A DNA stretch of 63,992 nt, filler included, from Stramenopiles sp. TOSAG23-6 (taxonomy: Eukaryota): NCBI GenBank assembly GCA_900128565.1. It is 5 parts of 5 records of this genome, joined end to end, with 100 filler letters (N's around TTAATTAATTAA, not from the genome) between each part and the next. Parts side by side here need not be neighbours in the genome. Positions count along the whole stretch, not along the records: positions 1 to 13,431 come from LT636166.1; positions 13,532 to 26,939 come from LT636167.1; 3 more parts are not named here. One strand, given 5' to 3'. Made by a program: the position numbers and the translations under genes. How positions within the stretch are numbered: position 1 is the first letter of the stretch; each line of letters starts with the position of its first letter. Shown here piece after piece: positions 12,801 through 20,593 of the stretch. The notes below the pieces were generated by a model that saw only the letters and a program-made list of their open reading frames with translations, ran no database searches and had not been told where the DNA came from.

Positions 12801-13301
12801 ACCATCTAATAGCCACAGCTCGGAACCACTGACAGAATCGTAAGGTAATGTATGTTTTTTTTTTGTTTTTGACCATGTCTCAGAAGGAAGCATTTCCTCA
12901 GCTACTTCAGCGTGCAAACGCTGTAGAATTAGCAAACGGCGATCTACCCCGCGAGCTACTAATGGCCGCACTGGAACCACATAACTCATTTGTCTAATCA
13001 ACGCTGATATTGTTTCGTCTTTCCACCCACCTTGCTTTAGATCAATATTCCCTTCAATTTTATCTCCTTTGTCTTTCACAATATTTCCATTTGATGTTGT
13101 ACGACTTTCGACTATACCTGCTGCTTGCGCATTTACAACAGAGCGCACCATATTAGAATGTTCATTTGGTATCCCCCTTGAATATAGCTTGTCTAATAAT
13201 GCTTCAGATTGAGGATTTAAAAGAGATCTTATCCAGCGGTCATTATCCAGTTGGTTCAATACCAATTCGACAAAATCCGTATCCTGACAAAGACTGTGAT
13301 C
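873..13301 (-). CDS. Giant HECT E3 ubiquitin ligase with three UBA-like domains (5' truncated)
   Basis: >4100 uninterrupted codons. C-terminal HECT (GEDGVDAGGLYR, FVWGRSRLP, LPVAHTCFF). UBA-like GFDCETARLALRVCGGNAQQAVEWLL plus two AADWLL repeats. Confidence 0.92.
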   Translation of the reverse strand, partial: DHSLCQDTDFVELVLNQLDNDRWIRSLLNPQSEALLDKLYSRGIPNEHSNMVRSVVNAQAAGIVESRTTSNGNIVKDKGDKIEGNIDLKQGGWKDETISALIRQMSYVVPVRPLVARGVDRRLLILQRLHAEVAEEMLPSETWSKTKKKHTLPYDSVSGSELWLLDGLRLIRPNLLQLTPESMANVLASPLSLRTWRDPRSQDIAFRKAVTNLLFLAWNPYRFSISDIGGERMFHKLKKKKRTIMREASTNSINVLRCLFVLLASAAARAVSAHNRATEEAKQNYLSKINSNPAYTSPKNRKNDEDNHSGKTFKLPLSDDGSDPPHPCCNLIRWLADNLFSRCSIELGAKECKIERLDRSPILELLPIVCDTLSLMCGNGWRWLAISLLPRVVAVTRTLNQLAVKHPGVQHVESVLALKESKRRVRLLSSSSSTGISKNSNALYCWAYFCADNRQLPLPPSSRDWHVLPIDCDAEIEAAWQERQSAEEKNSERLENSKISLTSSLGGYINFRTPISGEFRVVYFNEKFASFGEYKNGRELRRFTGKTALELIAIREVEVGGDIHQDILTNQNSDSKGKESSSALNSVLPKVFRILISLATLGGRQAAGLICGQPETDEEEKLAPWLRSPLFSNGMISCPPPEKKFSHSRLTPLPRSKGRDTPPPPIPSLVGKSSFSRRIISPTNASEKSRFPRPFLFSLANIKDVNYTGNSNHDWEIIQKWLMSYQVLTAREKFLIKKGRYNNFPQCERPFFAALLWHCGQSLCDEVEVSVTSMRHKIPPMYPLSSESTKQNVDASPTRIPSENLQLLWNTVMKLRKHLTSMKQKSLKQKETSVTSDNVQIRPTLFRQVSDEEIATGTALTFDMQCDLYANRAMFLLEVCPVITDIKNNKKNSVDVSHYTPIVPSVIFPNPKQTRNQFKSSAPTKLHAPLPIFTGKLNNKNVSQLDSNWRALSPPSRMPLTIRWHYEVSQKSWGILITVLRARSKFLSTVKRMRLLKKQPFKECSDLNKSNYFPPSGLLNVLGDILIYTKEGFKLGASPRHLRYIIGPNGIRRNRADSRAAGLRGMLQLLRCLSSSAAKQIALLRLRPALMGDVSWVQRIAKEKPVIRNGPVTVAEEKNTELDLREEKVKSVLDIDIPSVTIREMELPGKYHEYQNTPLFIGPGKDSNLSVKSFSSLPPAADSSRVRHYPLKALSGCGKNCRHDVRNAFVELYTHLACAMRKAYEEKDAALGEWICWTWALDFAAEDSEFLLRIGIVPLLEAMADAEAEKPSKMAVKINYSGVAMFHQEWKPWPVEIVRQTIMVGNLSKRELVQHMRAVPSPMQWEKTVDENSVDLWWKSRPTLLHGSIATAAEIHSIEFLVLAYTSLLQTFEDRQNDIFSSGALTVEEIQEESRARKSAIEYEKRAQKIARKVEKKKEAKCNEQNDTLGLSISTAERFRRCANPLLQLLLVMTTGGRKRDFVSTMPTHKDSFDVSLEGIKYNNSTGVYLANTTNFEVEYSGNIEDSSFCFSLEFERVLFRAIFFQLRSAMRILSPEKHKSNDASNVSEQNTVDDTDSNLVREAEESVFKILRQLLSIADTKGCRLHLGRRILLSQLFKLSLGRFLSESHDTINVSIRIRRLSIKLLTHSLPGLKPREVLASFQEAFPKCKSDVIDVVKCVTVIDEETAAKVVVRYILFALGTALIPPGLSVAAGKIDSLYEKHQSKERHAILNPPKKLLPPVNPESVTIVAAVGFDCETARLALRVCGGNAQQAVEWLLANPIDSKIFNDASKKFPIENDETDSELNTETSFNQDLQTMNNCDSEVSETNQNVTKNEILSEMDIIGNGASCRAASNVLIHLLRIFFKTNVKDVSTSVTIWATAIESELSKSLRDFISEGITADMRKLSSSIADQADGPYEQKSGTFLSDENTRIETATNKLEDMRNKISLAIASLAVMSTGWETLCVGCRVIVAGGSAGTVLSIQENVLAPMESSVSVLFDNTRVANTMLASKVTPVQEISTPMESLENLSELIINVSSVVLETESACNCNSEDDDTNLNHDESMNFLDKFYAMKHIRSVASLQLAMLRAFSMRALHTVLQTSNGLAIARGCNIIPLLIAEASTASSEPNLNTIQTLEYRNTEVWARILDMTYGNILPIDPPVSRVINDRCLEGKSQDAMNKRRAVASTLMAFAPVQNIELCIKALELKQDNVEMAADWLLTSGVSFLNAGGLDTDRSSQQYDSRFEAGKELAMMFGLPFNLCIKALRLMRDNKEAAADWLLSNGYSFQTGEEKPRAEILPFYFPPRINVENEETPLSESFNSGTESDVEECNASRNDGDSKPNITVSTSSQHKTSSKSFFSIDDMVCTNSFYDFMISVFDSKTSASFENEDIIWDRSRDIEYYYGKVSEIHDEDDGTKSYSIYCEIDGVERRFTRCNLRVLDEATFVHISKYEALIEDPFNIALRRQDERTRIKRNASASDSFEKHQGIDDSTLSELLGEHTLREDETRALIREMDLQQSNIILRNDPDNGFPSIAGTQTPLIGCQNYDGEASNNAQLLENDESKVDENNYNLQNFTEDMEFHPVLIPNPGESIQSKINMESVYKDKKTPIPISCVLPGIVVAVPFTSFAENVNPVIYKNDLRWVFAVVVKRPDVVYDMSESTIRICHFDIETSRRSMAEVSLSKIRFIVRLFGKSVSNGTKLLQRCISIEAALSISYSRLCLSRIIVGVKDSIDTTCELDAKHNMNITHGSKAEKYQNLAVKLIDAAKLMSENQEKKEKTKQKYDSSNWIEQLIILVKVFVASQKEFSCESNDTSICRMFQRMSIVGGGDSIGSSTLENQSHTIGSNFNSSCRSCPGRLLPDPSMVMYEFRQVLQTMVATEAFSNNDTSGMKLLLNALLKEATLSLRTSTTPGSVSQKNLLRLTSSSIHPYWPHSDESGEIELDTPGAHWIIFDSRCETLPTATLEFYRDKEHCLLTGVASGPKPWRPVVVTLPTSTVYWKFRARDQPPGQIDNPITGPWGWRFQIRPLKGQRWNSETAALSAPCLEWACWLLELLFRETSTGHKSQVFDALVAYLQARGAPGKQRVTKLLTRLVRSDWCVGDVPNLKLLQPIERSIMSWCMSEQKQGRVFLPQTVQELVGLILAAKEAARHLGLQDNNNDKTKRNRKDIDAKVDKSSESSMKMCSTSSKTKDDNTDSDSEELAGHPRIPGPEDLSGTLLVVSDMCDFLLSDPSYVKANTTNPDSSCVLPVCVLARALRDSMDSQWTKRVWIDYPSIPVWFESMDLSQRHLLHQSFNHVQNITHWIELANFVSLWQCWTIQNDLRFMQGTHVNKGALDRVEFGQANLKNKELSVNNLKLDIKDKWLKIVSVDTEGSETSHHTTAVKYSGRLLFLRKTRSGRGFPLSDAIQWQCSVIKEFDPTTGVVILERDLRIAVGCNTRYVIPFEVEFAKSSKSVSIHQALEFAWYLNCGGTSDCDFSLSPTKMSSVKEQEASLFELNRSLSKKWLRRDPLVCNFLVKCAHEARLCTEAKEQAAKAKRRELYSRLPSMEIRLKEAAKAMSIWTSRMDEELMSLVTQRSVSFEASAISIDRRWGNSERKIPSIFDLQPGCMSRLTEKEKNRFQLLANFPLDQFAEDQGNITEAPYVIRLRFAILRLWNGFVNRVLPLVDLMSIEDTNIEKTFNIRNIPNTTIDSTANEINPSMPLGLKLSRLKSKIFLASKMNMLNTAVYKTRGQIDSFTMSLNNQEAFQSREQSRNDLSARQVETSKCLFAQAVDALASASASSLRGGLKDAQLFKVKFSGEDGVDAGGLYRDTLTAFITDDLFSESSDAPPLLLFIKSPNGRNTEGNFRNCFVPNPQQKSPQSLSAFVVVGRLMGIALRTQHYLPFLLPPPFWTALTGKCNSVGTPFDIGPNTNKHQWHLNAFRALSSFDFITAQLLQDIYESKPMTEEEFLEIYKDVPYMQNFTINGVWGKSCIRLVSDILSIPVQQSQKLKYVQLALIARLSEFNVQIDAIRRGLFELVPERSIRLLSGEQLQILVCGNTTVDIRVLKKHTLYEGWRGKSNNIFVKRFWRAIEKLNQSERSQFIRFVWGRSRLPRESDWGRPFKLTRRGGGDSTLPVAHTCFFQCEFPEYSSDEKCAAAIQVVIHYGFCGFHIS

Positions 13302-13431
13302 ATGTATTGTGAAAATATTTTTTTGTAAAAAAAAATTGTTAGGTACAAAATTTCTTACGAAAAAAATTAAATTTGAAATTAATTGTGAAAAGTAGAAAAA
13401 AAAAAAGAGGCCAAATGTAATGAACAAAATG
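13302..13431 (-). other. Family intron, 3' part (cut by gap)
   Basis: Minus strand ...TTTTGTACCTAAC...TTTTCACAATACAT|GAT CAC. It explains the Phe-rich false N-terminus of the ORF. An AG 8 nt downstream cannot be excluded here. Confidence 0.7.
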
Positions 13432-13531
13432 NNNNNNNNNNNNNNNNNNNNNNNNNNNNNNNNNNNNNNNNNNNNTTAATTAATTAANNNNNNNNNNNNN
13501 NNNNNNNNNNNNNNNNNNNNNNNNNNNNNNN
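13432..13531. other. Artificial contig linker (N + TTAATTAATTAA + N)
   Basis: 100-nt spacer identical to the other three, with stops in all six frames. Confidence 0.97.
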
Positions 13532-13599
13532 AAAAAAATTGTTAGGTACGAAATTTCGTACGAAAAAAAAATCGAATTTGAAAAAAAAATAAAACATAC
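13532..13599 (-). other. Family intron, 5' part (cut by gap)
   Basis: act at|GTATGTTTTATTTT...TTCGTACGAAATTTCGTACCTAAC. Confidence 0.75.
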
Positions 13600-14702
13600 A
13601 TAGTCTTAGAATGAGGGCATGATGAGTCTTCGACACATATATACGAAGATAAATCTCTTAGACATTGAGTCGTATATTTTTTCAGAGGTGCAAATTCTCC
13701 TTCAGCGTGATGATGCAAGCCACGAAGAAATGTATCACTATCCTCATTTATATTTTTTTCTGTGTTTTTAGGTTTTTTTTCTGTGTTTTTAGGTTGAATA
13801 CTTTCATAGACAAAATCTAACATACGAGGATATGGTGACCATCTGTTATACCCCGGTGGGTGTGAATCTACCCAAATACGACGTTTCCCTGTAAATGCTT
13901 CTGTAGAAATTGTTCTTTCTTTAAAATTTAAAAAGGTAGGTGGGGAGAAGGCTCTCTCCAGCACGGGAAAGTCAAAGATTAAACCATAATTAAATGTTAT
14001 TGCAAAAGAAAACGCCTTTGACATAAGTATAAATGCCGAACCTAAACCTTGTCTAGATTCTGGAGCATCCATTGTGACAAAGCTACGGTATTGTACTTTG
14101 TTAGTTGTTGCCCCAGGTAAGAACATTGTATTGAGTATTTTTTTGAAACGTTCGAGGTATGTTTTATCACTATTCTCTGCTTTACTTGTATCACTTTGAA
14201 TTGTATTTTCTATAGAGGTAGAGAGAATGCCACATATTTGATCGTATGTGCTAAAATCACCAACAGCTGAAGGTATATTTGGGCCCCAGCTAGATCTAAA
14301 TTGTTTTTTTCTAATCTTTGTCGTCCACGAATATTCCTCACCAGTGCTCTCAAACTCCCCGTCAGTGCAACTTCTACCACATAGACTACTAAAACTCGAG
14401 CATGTTTCCATAAGGTGTTGCCAACTACTCACAACAAATGATGAATTTTTCACATTAAATTCAGATAGTGTAGCATCTAAGGATATTACAGAATCAAATA
14501 CTTCACCATCAATGGCTTCCGATATTACAAGCTTTGACGCGGAAACCTCATTCAAATCTTCACGAAGCCAATCAGCGAGTATTTCAACTGACCAAGTCAG
14601 AGGATTACTACTACAAGTTCCAAAACTTTTACTCGATATAATTGTCAGGATAAACAAAGCCAGGTGAAGCATTACAACATAACCAAACGTCAAAATCCTC
14701 AT
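13600..14702 (-). CDS. Signal-anchored protein with SAM-like N-terminal domain and possible fucosyltransferase-like region (3' truncated)
   Basis: Hydrophobic N-terminus. PLTWSVEILADWL..IDGEVF is SAM-like. QGLGSAF..AFSFA..LIFD is reminiscent of GT11/GT23 starts. Confidence 0.5.
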
Positions 14703-15011
14703 AATACTAGAAAATAAATGTATTTAAGAACAAATAGTTAATTATCACACAAATTATACAGTTAGTAGATAGGAAGTATTTAGTGTGTGTGGGCAGTGGG
14801 CACAGATGCACAGGATCGATTGATCAGATCTGATGACATTTGATTTGACTCGTAATATTTATTCGAGTTTTCAAATTTTTTTAGTAATTTAAATTGCAAA
14901 TTGAGTCGTAAAATTGAGAGCGAGTGTTCGAAGCAAGTTCTCTTTTCTCTTTTAATTTCTTCTAATTTAAATTTGAAAAAATTACTTTTGGGATTGGGAA
15001 CAATTTTCAAA

Positions 15012-16908
15012 ATGAGATTTTTTAGTATTATAGCCATTCTCGCTCACTGCAATATTGCAGTCGATGCCGCTACATGCACCGCAGATTGCTCTACGGAATT
15101 TATGAAGTGTATTAGAGCAAAGGAGTCTTATGCAGGATGCCATGACTTGCTTGATGAACCAAAAATGCAGAGTGCTGGGTGCGTATCTGGTTGTTCTGAT
15201 TCCAGCGAAATGGCCAAAGCAAAGATCGATTACCCAGGCGAAATAAATAATGGAAACCGAAATGCAAACAAGCCGTCGACAGGCTGTACCGAAAGTATCT
15301 TGGGAACACCCTCCACGCCAACTCTCTGTACAAAATCCGAAGCAAATCCTGCAGTGTATACCTTTTTTCCTATGAGTGGCACGTATGCAAAAACACAGCG
15401 TTACTTTTCTATATATTATCCTGGTGGTCAATGGGCCAATAGCACTAAAGCAAGACCTGTTGTATTAGAAATGTCTGGTTATGGAGGTCAAAGTTTTGTT
15501 AATGCAAATAGTAAAAGTGCTAAAGCAGCAGATCGGTATGGTTTCGCAGTCATTGACGTCAGTAGTCCACTTAACGATGGTAACGGTGGCTTTGGATTGG
15601 CATTTCCAAATAATGGAATAGCTAATGATACAAATCCAATTCCATGCAAAAAAGAAGATTCGCGTGATTTTGTATTTATTGAGGCAATCTTTACATTTAT
15701 TGCACAAAGTACCAGTGAAGTGAAAACCAAATTATTAGACGTTGAAAACGTCTTTACCATGGGATTTAGCCAAAATTCAATGTTTAGCGCTTATGTTGCT
15801 GTTTGTTTTAGTGATTTAGTGGCTGGTGTTTGGCAAGGTGGCAGTGGGCTTGCAAAGACTGGTTACAGCCCGGTTACTCCAGGTGTACTTTTTTATCATT
15901 TCAATTTTTTAGGTATTTTTTTTTCATACGTAATTTTGTACCTAACGATTTTTTTTTGAAATATGTTTTCACTTGACATGCACAAGCACAGTGTACGGAA
16001 AGCAGTTCATTAGCAAATGGCAATGATTGCTGCAAAGTTGAATTCTGCAAAGATTGTAGAGTACGTTTTTCAAAAACTTTTTATTTTTCTTTTTATTTTT
16101 TGTTGGAAGCTCCACAATAATCTTTTTCTAATAATCCCTAATATTATTTTTGTTAAAACTAACCCACCAATTCGATCCTACTTATACCCTCAAAAATCAG
16201 TACTGGCCTGTGTACCCAAAAACGTGTTCAAAGAGAATAGTTGATTGCATTGCTTCGTATACAAATGATGAAATTGCGTGTGGAACTGATTTATACATGT
16301 ATGAGGCCATGGTAAAAGAAGATAATGATGCAAGATTTTTGAGCTTTTCACCGACAACAGATATTGAAGGTGGACATAAAAACCCTCAAAATCCATGGTC
16401 ATGGAAGGCTGGCTGTCTTGGTTTATCAGTAAGCTGTACCTCGAGTTGTGAAACTTCATTCAAAGCATGTGTACAATCAGAAACAGGTAAAAGTACAGAG
16501 AAATTTGAAAATTGTGAAACTAAAATTGATGAGGAAAAGTTGATAGGATGTGTGAAAGGGTGTAGTCCAACGCTAGGAATGTTGCAATTAAGCGAGTCTC
16601 CAGTTGTCTCTCTCTCTAAAGGTCAATTTGGAACATTGACTGGTCTGACTATAACGGCCACTGCACCAACGCCAAAGTGTACAAATTCTATTGGTTGGTT
16701 CGGTGATCCTGGCTATGGAGCTTGTAGACCAACTGCAGGGACGCTACCAACTCAGGCATATACTCCAAGTGTAAGCGATACATGTGGTGCTGGTTATTCA
16801 TACAACGGAAGCGCTGGTGTTTTGAAGCACACTAGCCAAACGGGAACAAGAAAGATATCAACCATTGTTAATTTAATTGTATCGCTTGTTATGTTTCTTT
16901 CATTATAA
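15012..16908 (+). CDS. Secreted alpha/beta-hydrolase (PHB depolymerase/esterase-like), Cys-rich, possible GPI/TM tail; exons 15012-15884, 15980-16060, 16201-16908
   Basis: Signal peptide, RPVVLEMSGYGG, nucleophile-like GFSQNS, GGH, and a hydrophobic C-terminus. Confidence 0.7.
15885..15979 (+). other. Family intron, GT...AT
   Basis: cca ggt|GTACTTTT...GTACCTAAC...TTTTCACTTGACAT|gca caa. Gives an 81-nt in-frame exon up to the next intron. Confidence 0.75.
16061..16200 (+). other. Canonical GT-AG intron
   Basis: aga|GTACGT...ACTAAC...AAAATCAG|tac tgg, in frame. Confidence 0.8.
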
Positions 16909-17165
16909 AAAAAAATAAAAAGCTTCGATCTCAAAACACTTGCCTATGTCCAGTCGTGAATAACCGTTAATAATTTCCGGAACTTTCGGCGTTTTTTTCT
17001 TTGTTTTTTACCAAAGTTGTACGGTGTAAATTGTAATATGAATTGAAAATAGCTTTTACTGTACGAGCTCTGATTATCTAGTTACTTTTCATTGCATTTG
17101 CAAGAATAAACAAAATATATTGTATTTTCCAAACATGCTATGATTGAAGCGTACATAAGCTAGAT

Positions 17166-18719
17166 ATGGATTTAGCTACCACCAACAGGAAAGAAAGTGC
17201 ATCAAAATCAGCTTCTGTCGCTACTTCTGCCGCAATAATCTCAGTTAAACAGTCATATAAGTTTGCAATAGCTGAGGAAATCCCAGAACTGAAAAGTTTC
17301 ATTGAGTTTAATAAGAGCGGCGATATCCCTGATAATGTGATGGCTTGGCTCATTGAATACCACCAGGAAGTGGAAAACACAAAACAACGAAGATTCACGA
17401 CACCTGTAGAAGAGCAACAAAGATTCACGACACCTGTAGAAGAGCAACGAAGATTCACGACACCTGTAGAAGAGCAACGAAGATTCGCGACACCTGTAGA
17501 AGAGCTTACCTACAATATGAAAAATATGAAAGACATCACCAAGGAAGCCAAGGAAGAGCAAGAATCAAGTTGTATTGGATTAACCAACACAGATATGACT
17601 ACTGCTAGTTCAACAAAAAAGAATAGTATCTCTGATTGCAAATTATCCATGGTTGAAAAAGCTTCTGGGCATGATGAAAAACTGAAAGAACAAACTGTAA
17701 GATTAGAAGATCATGATGAAAAACTGAAAGAACAAACTGTAAGATTAGAATCATTCAAAAATGTTTGCATTTCAGATGAAACACCAAATGAAAATAATTT
17801 ATGTACAGCGACAAATATATTCGAATATAACCCTTTATATAAAAGATATGGTATTACTTCACATTTTCGTCGGAAAATAGAAAAAGGAGGTACACTTGCT
17901 TCTAATGAAACGCGTGACATTGGCCGTGAAGGTATACCTGAGGGTAATGTTTCAAAATGGAGCTTGGAGGATATTCAGAAGATGTCAGAAGCATCTCTAA
18001 AAAGAACAAATAGCATCATTAAAAGTAAATCAAGTAGAATACGTATGATAAACGATAACAATCCATTATTAAAGTATGGCTTGAGAGGATATCATCGGAA
18101 GTCATTAAGAAATAAATATGAACAAAATATATACATGCGAAAGATTAACTTCGATCATATGCTAAATGAAGTAGATAAAAAGTCTCAGCCGTGTGTGACA
18201 AGTAGCACAGAAAAAGAATCCGTGATAAAATTAGACACAGTTAGAGTTGGTACAACAACGGAATTTGAGGGAAATTTGAAAATAATTATTGATAAAATAA
18301 TTACAGATGTAATAAAAATAGCTGAAAGACCTACAACAACAACTCAAATAAGATCAATCATTAAGGAAAGTAAGGAAGCATATGCGACAGTTCAAGAAAA
18401 AACAATTAAAAAGAACATTGAAGAGTTTGCAAACTACGTGAAACCAATTACTTGTGAAAAGCACACAAAAATAATAGACAGCTCAACAAAGTGTATCGAT
18501 ACTATAAAATTTGAATCTAAAAGAGAAAAGAGAAGAAAAAAGAAAACTTTATATTCAAGATTATTGCGTCAAATTCTAATACCAATGAAAGTGGCGAAGA
18601 CAGTTGGCTCTTCTGCATCCGCTTCAATACGCGCACACTCACCAAGAAAGCGTTATAGACAATACAGAATAAATTCTAAAAAGAAAGCTATTGATTTAGA
18701 TGAATTTTTAAATGAATGA
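17166..18719 (+). CDS. Hypothetical low-complexity protein with tandem repeats
   Basis: 517-codon ORF with no recognisable domain. Confidence 0.55.
   Translation: MDLATTNRKESASKSASVATSAAIISVKQSYKFAIAEEIPELKSFIEFNKSGDIPDNVMAWLIEYHQEVENTKQRRFTTPVEEQQRFTTPVEEQRRFTTPVEEQRRFATPVEELTYNMKNMKDITKEAKEEQESSCIGLTNTDMTTASSTKKNSISDCKLSMVEKASGHDEKLKEQTVRLEDHDEKLKEQTVRLESFKNVCISDETPNENNLCTATNIFEYNPLYKRYGITSHFRRKIEKGGTLASNETRDIGREGIPEGNVSKWSLEDIQKMSEASLKRTNSIIKSKSSRIRMINDNNPLLKYGLRGYHRKSLRNKYEQNIYMRKINFDHMLNEVDKKSQPCVTSSTEKESVIKLDTVRVGTTTEFEGNLKIIIDKIITDVIKIAERPTTTTQIRSIIKESKEAYATVQEKTIKKNIEEFANYVKPITCEKHTKIIDSSTKCIDTIKFESKREKRRKKKTLYSRLLRQILIPMKVAKTVGSSASASIRAHSPRKRYRQYRINSKKKAIDLDEFLNE
17391..17505 (+). 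repeat. 30-bp tandem repeat x~4 (RFTTPVEEQR)
   Basis: AGATTCACGACACCTGTAGAAGAGCAAC(A/G)A repeated. A second duplication with a 42-bp period lies at ~17670-17750. Confidence 0.9.
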
Positions 18720-18938
18720 AGAAATAGTGAGTATTATTTAAATGAGGCGAGATTATGATACCTTTATATATTAGGGTTGGGGTTTATAGCCAAACGAGCA
18801 CGAAATCCAAATTGAGAGTTGTACTATATCTAGCGCTATGCCTTATGCGCTGACTCTATTTTCCAGGTACCATCCCCAGTTCCTACTAGCTAGTCGTGCA
18901 TTATAGTATCGAACTGAATTATATTAAATACTGGACAA

Positions 18939-19616
18939 ATGAAAATTAGCAAACTCTTTATCGTCCTAATTATACCTTATTACAATTCAATAGCCCCAAA
19001 ACAATTGACGGTTCCAGACACGGTTCCAAAGGAGGTTGTTAGACATTGCTCAGAGTATGATAAATCCTGCGATGATTGTGTAAGGTCTGTGAATAGGATG
19101 GGCCTTCCCTGCTCTTTTTGTAGCCAGCCCATCGACGGGCCCAACTGCAGAGCAGTCATTTCACCAAATATGAGAGATTACTGCCTGGCTTTAAAAGGGG
19201 CATTTTACACTAGCTCCGGGGAATGCCCTGTTGTTGAGAGTCGATCGATATTCACACCAACTTCCCAGCCCGAACAAGCTGAATCCCCACCTTCTCCTCC
19301 ACCTACAATACTAAATTTTCTTCAGAGGTCTAGGTCGATCGCCGATAATACCGTATCAGACATTCAACGCCCAAATATTCGGCGTGCATTCTCCTCAATG
19401 ACCTTCAGGTCTGCTGAAAAAAAAGTTTCAGAAGAAGTTTCACGAGAGGGAAAGACTTTCACAGTCGGTCAAGCTGTTAATGTCGGAGATCATGACGGAA
19501 AAATTTTAAAAGTAAGCGGTGAGTTCATGGAAGTTTTGATTGGTGATAGAGTATATTTATTTTCTTCCGAAGATGTTTCTACTTCCGGAGAGATAAAACG
19601 TTTCGACACGGTTTGA
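18939..19616 (+). CDS. Secreted Cys-containing protein (PSI-like motif)
   Basis: Signal peptide; CSEYDKSCDDCV..CSFC..C..C..CP pattern. Confidence 0.55.
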   Translation: MKISKLFIVLIIPYYNSIAPKQLTVPDTVPKEVVRHCSEYDKSCDDCVRSVNRMGLPCSFCSQPIDGPNCRAVISPNMRDYCLALKGAFYTSSGECPVVESRSIFTPTSQPEQAESPPSPPPTILNFLQRSRSIADNTVSDIQRPNIRRAFSSMTFRSAEKKVSEEVSREGKTFTVGQAVNVGDHDGKILKVSGEFMEVLIGDRVYLFSSEDVSTSGEIKRFDTV

Positions 19617-19674
19617 AATTATCATTAAGTAAACTTAAATAAAACAAGTTGTATTATAGAGAATAATATAATTA

Positions 19675-19703
19675 CCCTAACCCTAACCTAAACCCTAACC
19701 CTA
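19675..19703. repeat. Interstitial telomere-like (CCCTAA)n
   Basis: CCCTAACCCTAACCTAAACCCTAACCCTA. Confidence 0.85.
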
Positions 19704-19879
19704 CTCCTGTTCTCACTTCTGTGTCTGCTAGTACGGTACCACTTATAAGTTATACGCTGATCGATGATGAACTTCGTTGTTTTGTTGAGTGATAAGACGA
19801 AAAAAAGCTCAATTATAATAAATTCAACGTCGAAAGTTTTGTATTAATAGTAGGCATCAACGCAGTTTTTAGGGAAATC

Positions 19880-20488
19880 ATGAGAAGGAGAAACTTTGCT
19901 GTGGGTGCCGACGATAATTCTATCTTAACAGACGAGCAACAGGAAAACGTAATAGATAATCTCAGAGAACAACTAGAAAAGCAAAACGAACGGACCCGCT
20001 TAATGTTGACAGTTTTTGGCCTTTGCTTTTCCTTCGTAATTATGCTACTATCTGCCCCCTTTTGGATTGCTCTTCAGTGCAATCCACCATCCCCAGATAT
20101 TTTAAGTATATCGACCATTATAACGTCAGAATCCAAAGGCTCTCGTTATGGTGGACTTGGCTTTGTGGGTCAAACAGCTACACTTTTGGTTACTGTTTTC
20201 AGCTTTTTCTGTGCTGTTTTGTATGTTTTTACCCCCACAGAATCACCTTTAGTTTCTGAAAGTAGTAAAAGAAATGCCATTAGATCAATCCAGCTAGGTT
20301 TCATTATAATCTTGATATACTATATATTGTATATTGTGACTCTAGGAAACTCAGTTCTACCCCTTCTTCCAGTCTTGGCTTTACTCTTTCAAGCTTTATG
20401 TATATATTCAAAATATGAGACTCGAAGTTTGTACGAAGAGCTTGAGAAGTTAAATCAGAAAAAGTATAGAGGTCTCAAAGGAGCTTAA
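19880..20488 (+). CDS. Multi-pass membrane protein of unknown function
   Basis: 202 aa with about four hydrophobic segments. Confidence 0.7.
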   Translation: MRRRNFAVGADDNSILTDEQQENVIDNLREQLEKQNERTRLMLTVFGLCFSFVIMLLSAPFWIALQCNPPSPDILSISTIITSESKGSRYGGLGFVGQTATLLVTVFSFFCAVLYVFTPTESPLVSESSKRNAIRSIQLGFIIILIYYILYIVTLGNSVLPLLPVLALLFQALCIYSKYETRSLYEELEKLNQKKYRGLKGA

Positions 20489-20593
20489 ATCTGTTATTTG
20501 ATATATATGCCTTTGTATTCTGGTCTTAATTTCAAAAAGCTAAATAAATGACATTTTTTTACTCTATATAATTTATTACTAATATTTTGGGGA

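Noticed and set aside
1628-12876. Many short ORFs antisense or out of frame within the HECT gene
   Set aside because: Shadow ORFs of a long coding sequence.
13432-13531. TTAATTAATTAA palindrome inside N-runs (four times)
   Set aside because: Identical 100-nt artificial linkers. Gene adjacency across them is meaningless.
17391-17505. 30-bp repeats as a CRISPR array
   Set aside because: Head-to-tail with no spacers, in frame within an ORF.
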